The position numbers and the translations under genes were made by a program. A stretch of 45,817 nt of DNA from a virus (taxonomy: Duplodnaviria > Caudoviricetes): the IMG/VR virus record IMGVR_UViG_3300044728_000254, positions 1 to 45,817 of that record. One strand, given 5' to 3'. The notes under the pieces are model-generated. The model made no database searches and had not been told where the DNA came from. It saw only the letters and a program-made list of their open reading frames with translations. Within the stretch, counting starts at the first letter, position 1, and every line of letters begins with the position of its first letter. Positions 41,801 to 45,817 of the stretch are shown here, piece by piece.

Positions 41801-44189
41801 TTCGCAGCTCCTCGGCGTCCAGCTTCACCCGCTTAGTGTCCGTAATTGCTGGCGGCTTCGGCCCTTCTGGCGTTTTTGAATAATCCGGCGGAATAGAATC
41901 CGGAATAATCTGCGCTGGTTTTTCAACTTCTGGGGCGACGTTAGGCTCATCAATGATTAGGGGCGGACGTGCACCAAAGAGTGAAGCCTGGGCCACGCGT
42001 TTGACGTCTTCCACGCTATGAATCTGCCCGGCGTCATAGGCCGCCTTGACGGCTTGATCCTCTGGGCTCTGGTACTTGCCCGGGGACGGCAGCTTGCCCT
42101 TCTGCAGGCGGTCGAAGATGGAGACATACAGGCCCTCGGCGATGCCTTTGCCTATGTCACCCACCCCTTGTGAAATGTCCTCTACCGGGTTGCCGTCCGA
42201 TAAGGTTTCTTCTGTGTCGCTCGCACTTGTGGATGTTCCACGTGGAACCACCACCAGTTGTGTCCCCTCATGCGGAAACGGTTCCGACGGCTTTGTAACA
42301 ACCTGCTGAGTTGGCCCTAGTTGGGATGAGTTAGTACCAGTTGCCATGAGTTGGTCGAGCTTCTCCTGGAAGTCCGGTCCCAGGGGCTGGCTCGGCGTGG
42401 CGTTCGGAAAGTGCATGTTGGGCTGGTCGGGGATGTCCGCTTCGCCGGGTCCCGGAGGCTGTTGTGCTGGTCGTGGAAACTCCCGCGACTCCGGCACCAG
42501 GGCGGAGGCTCCCAGGGTGACCGCTCCGGGGATGAGGAACCCGGCGAACTCCGCCGTAAGTTGCCCGCCGGTCGGAGCTTGGAAGTTACGTAAGGCGCTC
42601 TTATCCCCGCCGCGTTCGATGACCGCCTTGGCGGCGGCCTCCATCAGCTCGGCAACGCGCTCTTCCCCGATCTCCTCAAACGGCTGGTTGTAGCCCACCT
42701 CTCGCAGATGATGCCAGGCGGCCTGCATGGTCGCGTACTTGTTCGGAAATCGTTCGACCAGATCGGCGGCGATCGATGCCCGCGTGGCCGCCATCCACTC
42801 GGCGGCTTTCTCCGCCGGCACGCCGATGACCCGGACGCCGGGCAGGTGGGCGCCCGCTCGACCCAGGGCCGCTCCGGCCTTCCCCACCTTGCTGACCAGG
42901 TGACCGACCGCCTTGCCGGTGTACTCGCTGTACACCTGGATGGTCGCGTTGATGCCGGAATCACGCAGGGCGCCCAGGAAGGGCTGTCCGGGCGTCTTGA
43001 TCGCCCCTTCGATCACTTCGTCGTCGCCAGGCCTCAGCTCGAAGCCTGGGAGGGTTCTACGTAGCGTGTCGGCCGTGGTGGCCACGGCGATGTTGGGCAG
43101 TCCGCGTTGGGCGGTTTCCACTCCGGCTTTCGCCAGGGTCGAGACGATGCCCTTCTCCGTGGCTTTGCCGGCCATCTTCCGCATGGCCGAGACCGCGGCG
43201 GCGCTGGCCTCCTTACCCACCAGCTTGCCGGCGATCTTCTCGGCGCCTTTCACGCCGGCGCGGGTGATCGCTCCGCCGGTGGCCAGCTCGCCCATGAATG
43301 GGACGCTCTGGCTGGGGATCTTGGCCACCATGCCGCCCCAGGTTGTGCCGCGGCTTTCCTTGGCCATGCGCTCCTGCAGCTGGGTGAGGGTTTCGAAGTC
43401 GGCCATCGTTCCCTCGCCGCGGGTAACGCGGCCCAGGGCCCGGTGCACCTTGACCAGCTCGACCGCGGTGAGGGCCGACTCCATGTAGGGGAGCTTTTCG
43501 AGCAGGCCGCGGGGCGTCTTCCATTCCTCCTGCATGACGTCGCCGAAGCCGGCGGGCCGGGGGAGTGCGTCAAGTGCCTCAAGGCCGTACCGGCGGCGGA
43601 ACACGTTGGTGAAACGGAGCTTCGCTTGGTCGCTTTGCAGGTTGGCGAATCCCGGATGCTCCCGGGCCTCCAGCTCCGCCTGGGCGGCGAAGGAGCGCTC
43701 GGCAACTTCCTCCTCGGGCGTCTTGGGAACGATAGCCCGGCCTAGTTTACTCAGGGTCCGTCGAATCAGGCCGGGGCGATCTTCCCGCGGCCCTACCGAT
43801 GGCATTCCGCCTGGACTAGTTCCTGCCTGGGCCGGCGGCCAGGCGGCCATGGGACCGGGCGGGGGTGCGGACTGGAGTGAGTCCGCAGAAATCCCCGTCG
43901 CTGGTCCACGTCCAAAGAATCCGTCTCGCAGTTGATCGAAGCTGCGCCCCATCGGCGTGTCGATGGCCAGGGGCGGGCGGCCGCCGTAATCGGCGGGTGG
44001 TGCACCGTGCTGGTGCATGGTGGTGCGATCTGCACCGTGCTGGTGCATGGTGGTGCGATCTGCACCGTGCTGGTGCATGGTGGTGCGATCTGCACCGTTC
44101 GGATGCGGGGTGTCGATGAGTAGCGGGGGGCGCTGCCCGTAGTCGCGGGCGACCGTATCCGCGGCGAGATCATCCAGGGGATTGGGCAC
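32637..44189 (-). CDS. Giant polyvalent virion protein with DarB-like N6-adenine methyltransferase and SNF2-type helicase
   Basis: 3850 aa; VLEPSGGVG and SNVPFG (about 39730-39950), AVGGGKT (about 37885), DEAH (about 37405), TGTP, GRSIRSGN (about 36355); ejection-protein-like N- and C-terminal regions. Confidence 0.9.
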   Translation of the reverse strand: MPNPLDDLAADTVARDYGQRPPLLIDTPHPNGADRTTMHQHGADRTTMHQHGADRTTMHQHGAPPADYGGRPPLAIDTPMGRSFDQLRDGFFGRGPATGISADSLQSAPPPGPMAAWPPAQAGTSPGGMPSVGPREDRPGLIRRTLSKLGRAIVPKTPEEEVAERSFAAQAELEAREHPGFANLQSDQAKLRFTNVFRRRYGLEALDALPRPAGFGDVMQEEWKTPRGLLEKLPYMESALTAVELVKVHRALGRVTRGEGTMADFETLTQLQERMAKESRGTTWGGMVAKIPSQSVPFMGELATGGAITRAGVKGAEKIAGKLVGKEASAAAVSAMRKMAGKATEKGIVSTLAKAGVETAQRGLPNIAVATTADTLRRTLPGFELRPGDDEVIEGAIKTPGQPFLGALRDSGINATIQVYSEYTGKAVGHLVSKVGKAGAALGRAGAHLPGVRVIGVPAEKAAEWMAATRASIAADLVERFPNKYATMQAAWHHLREVGYNQPFEEIGEERVAELMEAAAKAVIERGGDKSALRNFQAPTGGQLTAEFAGFLIPGAVTLGASALVPESREFPRPAQQPPGPGEADIPDQPNMHFPNATPSQPLGPDFQEKLDQLMATGTNSSQLGPTQQVVTKPSEPFPHEGTQLVVVPRGTSTSASDTEETLSDGNPVEDISQGVGDIGKGIAEGLYVSIFDRLQKGKLPSPGKYQSPEDQAVKAAYDAGQIHSVEDVKRVAQASLFGARPPLIIDEPNVAPEVEKPAQIIPDSIPPDYSKTPEGPKPPAITDTKRVKLDAEELRSGDVIKGLASGEGGPEETVQKVIGNRPDGSATTIETADGKRHSFTYGTQLYVDRYVFPTAAEAEAARLANKKKETPGETIGTKAETGGPAGETISPVGEKERAVRETGGGGPSPAAAPAAEREADLRRGEVPAEADRPAGPIGKPGRADDGGRERGAAPKQPAGDLIIKPIFGGKEEVVRPPSDAQIVAGQKTQSERGKLQALYNKALEQFRTESSRHLAVTAQYRAKRIGDDEFLKSSERLNEAGDLMDRIEQQLQSLSNAEKPAIIEKAESIKQKAETDERQTGAAEDRPGSQGATGPDGTRSDPGGPGRQRGILEGDGGRGDVAPVGLGPAAEGERPPGAADRAGDAGGPGVRDRGQRVHPRAPAGERGGVDDGGNIRTGTAGDGRAEANRQRNQNPEKRTGEPAASAGSSEREGGQPAANTGDMDPLDTRREADRRAGGRSAAGAVNEQQVPSVLRGAGEAGAEAPAEQPPTTPASIDHSIDKAGVTDYVISDPANLFAAGKNPSKTIFRRNVDAIRLAKKLKEEGRERAATQEERAILSRYQGWGSVPEPFDGRNRYSNDKGWQKEFAELDELLTSEEWKAASSSTKNAMYTPPAIVTGVWEALHKMGFRGGKVLEPSGGVGHWFGLQPVHLANNSQRALIEKDNITAAIAKALYPASMVEHTPFEEAALPKNYFDLAVSNVPFGDLFIHDKRYPKWLRQFIHDYFFVRSLDLVRPGGLVAFITTKGTMDKLDARFRVYIAERADLVGAVRLNEDSLPGTKVTTDIIFLKKRGKDEPAGGEAWVNSRPYEPLPGKVINEYFQNRPEMVLGEIKAGSLYSAGEEGPTETIVEAPPNFDLAKDLNAALAHLPADIFGKRAEALTRIDDVMDMVPSPKNLPPGAFFTSEDGTLRQAGRRGDAATNVESIIRAEEGETAIKRLKAMVDLRTTMQELLRASIDPKGDTRLPELQKELNRKYDAMARAKLTPLHSNQNTTLLESDVFTLSLLTQLEKYDPKTRKAEKSEYFTRRMLDAYQRPTAAETTGDALNISLDESAQIDLERIGELLGIDAAAARVRLINEGLAFPLPGDEIVATADYLSGNVREKLKEAEALAKADAKQYARNVEALKAAQPADLPASRIRTAIGAPWIPAKLLEEFLASMIGNRRSISIRRSSATGRWTVAASGAGGTAASQETWGTPDYNTAELLDDELNMKTPKVLRRNADGSRYLDTPASDAAKSKLEEIKAHFETWVWAHPKWGPQLLREYNDTFNSWVPKKYDGSHLSLPGSNPAIKLRGYQKDGVSRVLSSPYNTLIYTAVGGGKTYTATAAAMEAIRLGLARKVAIVVDRATLNQFIKSARTLYPGAQFVAISTNDLSGMMRAKTLAKVAIAEKTVFVIPHQQFTMLPVSEATLTEFYGEMIKDMEDAIAEADASKASQRSVKKMEAARDNLLARLKEKVEQTKKTASLPFEELGIDWIMYDEAHKVKNLQFATQIENVRGLGNPAGNQITLDLYMKARFVSRLQNGRGLTFFTGTPVNNSISEIYTMQRYLQPDVLKAQGIASFDDWVRMFAVAAPKLENVAQEYKMVTRLRKFMNLSGLYGLWDKITHVAPHEEVVRVVQEAGGDIPVVAENSEGKRSYEVVALEVTPGQKAYQKVIRQRREAIKARGGKPPQPGDDIILSVITDEKKASLDMRLLYPNNPEEPGNKLTSAANNIVRIHKETAADRLTQLVFINQGAPGKKTMFSTYDAMIKKLVDGGVDRDEIATIYDAKNDAQKAALFDRVNAGEIRILLGSMKKMGQGVNVQERVIASHELEAAWEPGTLEQVRGRSIRSGNRNKEVKLYRYVAKGMADEFMYSLLAAKHKTNTEFLSGKLDADEIEDVDTETLAFEMAMAAGSENKAVLEWTTLSHNLNRLQGESRYHRDAQMKLRNQQVHTKAEIKRVSELIPKAKKFQEWAATLPPASPFLMDIGNTTYEKHTDAGKALFDITKRMNDTDKRKVGQYRGLAVNLQYMVSWGDRNLKALVSVVLPPDKGDLQKFLDQAGIRLGNWLAWDAAANPTEGAMRHWITTFAHELDDIAPESFTRRLAALKEELTEIDKTVDKPFGKQKEMDEIAGRVRVLADLIAKEAEKNANQAQGHAAQDDGKEEDEDGNEPGTAGGGASDLPGFPPTKESLLPDHLTPEQRGWMREHWHEPLFGMGATQAAIPDPTGIMERAQAEYGRQWDRIVGRLKNMKTVEGQRRSDFFGRGLYDAEWKLAAPERDLFQWARGMKRYHTEVARNLNERLNRHVAAVRKKHEGKPWPKSAWRLMDSVIDGETRAETLPADMRKVYEEEIKPFQRQDRRQDLGKRLMDLQKETVGTWDADEAFDVAALTEHQAIEDVLRGKSDYYSLTPAMQAWFDNYKEVMDTLTDHLLNRPHLLVQAKAGGLVNFEEIVKLRQSKGGAYVRRLYHMMQQPKLIRSVENRLAGPRIKMGMFKFKRSDEELWSVRLANGDIWQTPDSDAAFERMEREREAGREKYGQSILQKVIVMAPIGADTVEHLGPVRDLRVLLTRSIVDMATNLSHMELFHQLATTVGLSQEEYLELPEEDRFHYVRVKDSEALGELANLYVPEAVWYNLMQEEQVMTGVLSQVWDIFLNIFKAATVLYSAKTWMNNLLGQNAIWIYLGLNPLTHRSTFVDAAKRIKEGINNPTIARLMKSNELTGGWDRDDVSKYLAFLSNPKNTISGAVAQLYAGLKRLNRALSAGYSFIDDVTKVASYIRDTEMRGLPHAWAIEQLRYTQNYDRLGKWAKKLRKSPIGDPFIAFPDQMVKITIKAAREHPMRVMALYAVPGILNFASKIMLGVTDEEMTILDTDRQRSPKGPLGFVQGSIDRYFQPIMPWRGSDGLLRTWDMRWIMPLASDFRTATGPGGVGVPFLFSQPFVKPSLEVMFNRSLWTGQDVIDDSSAASSAWSAAKYVAWESAPVPTIARKGVLRIFRAATGESGEEFIPVLLKEVFGIRITRSYANKSAAYDAVHESLGERNGRRAVKLIEFYNRYKSDREKPITESTVEQSAISRATAKAKRERIAP
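40451..40675 (-). CDS. Nested (+1 frame) helical protein, 74 aa
   Basis: GGAGGAG RBS; amphipathic helices while the outer frame reads as low-complexity linker. Confidence 0.65.
   Translation of the reverse strand: MAVTFEQAQQEMGEPKQIGNATKTLRNALASLQPLLDQANAKGASRRQTLATWTLWTHVEKLIDVLAVDPPPEL
40679..40960 (-). CDS. Nested (+1 frame) TnpV-like protein, 93 aa
   Basis: LG.MG...GFLREM..AGTL...AKDRL.QLIEQ...AYETV..EYI.V parallels TnpV pattern G.YG...L...G.L...A.ERL...AEEIV..ELI; own promoter. Confidence 0.7.
   Translation of the reverse strand: MSDKPAPPKTDQEAKERLGPMGLEAIRVARDVNAGFLREMEAAGTLHLWAWDLQRKAKDRLGQLIEQGMPADQAYETVASEYIHVPPPANEEE
40999..41027 (-). promoter_or_regulatory. Intragenic sigma70-type promoter
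   Basis: TTGAGT-17 nt-TATAAT, 38 nt upstream of nested ATG at 40960. Confidence 0.8.
41303..41572 (-). CDS. Nested (+1 frame) basic protein, 89 aa
   Basis: AAGGAG 7 nt before GTG; MRRSERKLKREDRQARRLALLERKNG... Confidence 0.55.
   Translation of the reverse strand: MRRSERKLKREDRQARRLALLERKNGRYVRREVEDPAQQQLLRQSVKLTYDEEKFRRRRIAQLAPLGNPGEPTTADASAEQLLSNPPAT
42234..42249. promoter_or_regulatory. parS-like palindrome
   Basis: TGTTCCACGTGGAACC; 14-bp perfect palindrome, 15/16 to TGTTCCACGTGGAACA. Confidence 0.65.
44001..44098. repeat. Perfect 30-bp tandem repeat x3.3
   Basis: TGCACCGTGCTGGTGCATGGTGGTGCGATC; encodes HGADRTTMHQ. Confidence 0.95.
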
Positions 44190-44194
44190 GGGGG

Positions 44195-45505
44195 TTATCC
44201 TCCACCGCGTCCGCGCTGTGCGTCAAGTTCCTCGGGATCCATGAGCAGCCCGAGGTACTCATTGGCCGCCTGCTGCGCCTGCTTGACGCGCTGGGCCTTG
44301 TGGTCGGGGCTTTCCTCGCCCAGCAGAAATTCCCGGCCCGTCTTCTTCCAGCTGCTCAGGGCCGGCGGATCGAACTTGCCGGCGGCGTAGGCCGCCCGCA
44401 CCTCGTCGGGGGTTTTGTAGGGCGCCCGGCCCTTGATCGCCTGGCGAAGCAGTTTTCGCTCGGCCGGGCTGGCGGTGGCCATCTGGCTTTGGATGTAGCT
44501 GGCGTACTTCTTGAACTGGCCCACCGCGTCGGTCTGCCACTCCGGGGCGTTGGCCAGGCCTTCGCCCAGGACGCTCCCGCCCATGCGCTTGTTGAACTCG
44601 CCCTTATCCAGCAGGGAGGCGTCCTTCTCCGGGGTCCGCTTCGCGTCCGCGAGCGTGGCCATGATGTCCGTGGGGCTCTTGCCCTGTCCCTTCTGCTCGG
44701 CGATCGCTTCGGCGGTGAGGGCGTTCATGGGGTTGTCGGATCCGGCGCCCGCTCCGCCCTTTCGGGCCAGGGACGCCTTGGCCAGGGCGTCGAGGGGATC
44801 GCCCGATTTCGCATACGCCTGGTCGAAGGCCTGCTTGAAGGCCTCCTCCTCGGGGTTCAAGGCCTGCTTCTGATTAAGGCTGGCGTCGCGGTACCGCTTG
44901 GTCTCGACCTCTGCCCGATCGGCCCGGGCATTGTCTGCATTCCGGTCTTCGCGGGTGAGCTGGAATTGCCGATCAAACCGCGACTCCTGCTGGGCATAAT
45001 GGGCCTGCTGCTGCTCGTTCTGCACCGTCTTCACGTATTGCTGATACCCCTGGTCGAGCAGGCGCAGCTCCCGTTTGCTGGCGTAGGGCTTTCCGGCCAG
45101 ATTGGGCATGAACTTGGCCGCCCACTCCGGGGGGCTCAGTAGACGTGGCCCTGCTGAGACTCCCGGAGTGTACGCTGTCGCGTCCGCGGGGGCATTGGCA
45201 GGCATGTTGCCATACCCCCCCATCGCTACGGGTTCATTTTGGGTCGGGGGCATACTGGCGGGGCTTGGGGCTCCCGCCGGCGTCCCGGATGGAGGTAGAC
45301 TATTGGGGGTTGGCGGTCCCGCGGCCATCAGGCGCTGGCGATACATGGCGTCGCGTTCCCGGGCCACGCTCTGCATGGCCAGCTGGCGCATGGGGGTTTC
45401 GCCGGCCACGTCGGTAATGAAGCCGCTGCCCGGCGGGGGCAAATAGCTTTCCCGCGGGGTGAGGTCCATCATGCCCGGCGGCGCCATGGTGGTGGGCGGC
45501 ATCAA
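44195..45505 (-). CDS. Internal virion / ejection protein
   Basis: 436 aa, Pro/Met-rich N-terminus, Q/A/E/K helical body; directly upstream of giant gene. Confidence 0.65.
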   Translation of the reverse strand: MMPPTTMAPPGMMDLTPRESYLPPPGSGFITDVAGETPMRQLAMQSVARERDAMYRQRLMAAGPPTPNSLPPSGTPAGAPSPASMPPTQNEPVAMGGYGNMPANAPADATAYTPGVSAGPRLLSPPEWAAKFMPNLAGKPYASKRELRLLDQGYQQYVKTVQNEQQQAHYAQQESRFDRQFQLTREDRNADNARADRAEVETKRYRDASLNQKQALNPEEEAFKQAFDQAYAKSGDPLDALAKASLARKGGAGAGSDNPMNALTAEAIAEQKGQGKSPTDIMATLADAKRTPEKDASLLDKGEFNKRMGGSVLGEGLANAPEWQTDAVGQFKKYASYIQSQMATASPAERKLLRQAIKGRAPYKTPDEVRAAYAAGKFDPPALSSWKKTGREFLLGEESPDHKAQRVKQAQQAANEYLGLLMDPEELDAQRGRGGG

Positions 45506-45817
45506 TACTGGCTCCGGTTGGGTGACATGCCCATGCCCATGCCGCCGTACTGGTCGAACATCGGGGTTCCGCCGCCTCCGGCCTGCATGGCCGCCTGGTA
45601 GTACGGGTTGGGGTTGGTGGGCAGAAACTCGGTGGAGAAGTCCATCAGGGTTCCGCCCAGGGCCGTGCCGCCCGATCCGTCGTTGCCCATGGCGGTGTCG
45701 ATGGCTCCGCCGGCGGACGCTCCCAGGGCCGAGCCGATCCCGGCGCCGGCCAGCATGGACATGCCGCCGGTGGGCGCTGCGAGCAGGGCTCCGATACCCG
45801 CTCCGGCCGCTCCTCCG
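45502..45817 (-). CDS. Partial glycine-zipper DNA-pilot/ejection protein (5' end off the right edge)
   Basis: GGAAGAGIGALLAAPTGGMSMLAGAGIGSALGASAGG; frame open to window end. Confidence 0.7.
   Translation of the reverse strand, partial: GGAAGAGIGALLAAPTGGMSMLAGAGIGSALGASAGGAIDTAMGNDGSGGTALGGTLMDFSTEFLPTNPNPYYQAAMQAGGGGTPMFDQYGGMGMGMSPNRSQY

Noticed and set aside
44001-44098. Possible CRISPR array
   Set aside because: Contiguous tandem repeats without spacers; in-frame within a CDS; no cas genes

Overview
GC-rich, apparently near-complete and circularly permuted genome (45.8 kb) of a short-tailed dsDNA phage (Caudoviricetes, podovirus-like), with almost all genes on the minus strand. Recognisable modules: terminase large subunit, portal, scaffold, major capsid, decoration proteins, adaptor, nozzle-like tail protein, ejection proteins, a tail-fibre cluster, and a 3850-aa protein with a DarB-like methyltransferase/SNF2 helicase core. 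Many small accessory genes are present (Acb2/Tad1-like sponge, orphan LuxR HTH, permuted NlpC/P60, DUF1064 nuclease, internally deleted gp37/gp68, Zn-finger miniproteins). Dockerin-like motifs and a host-type beta-helix gene hint at a Planctomycetota (Phycisphaerae-like) host. Most unusual signals: (1) a promoter-driven mini-operon including a TnpV-like gene overprinted in the +1 frame inside the giant gene; (2) a terminase nuclease domain whose conserved blocks appear in swapped order; (3) a helically phased TCACAG array and a parS-like palindrome in a genome where I recognise no replication, integration or repressor gene; (4) a tRNA-like cloverleaf in a promoter-proximal leader. All family assignments are from motif recognition by eye, not database searches.
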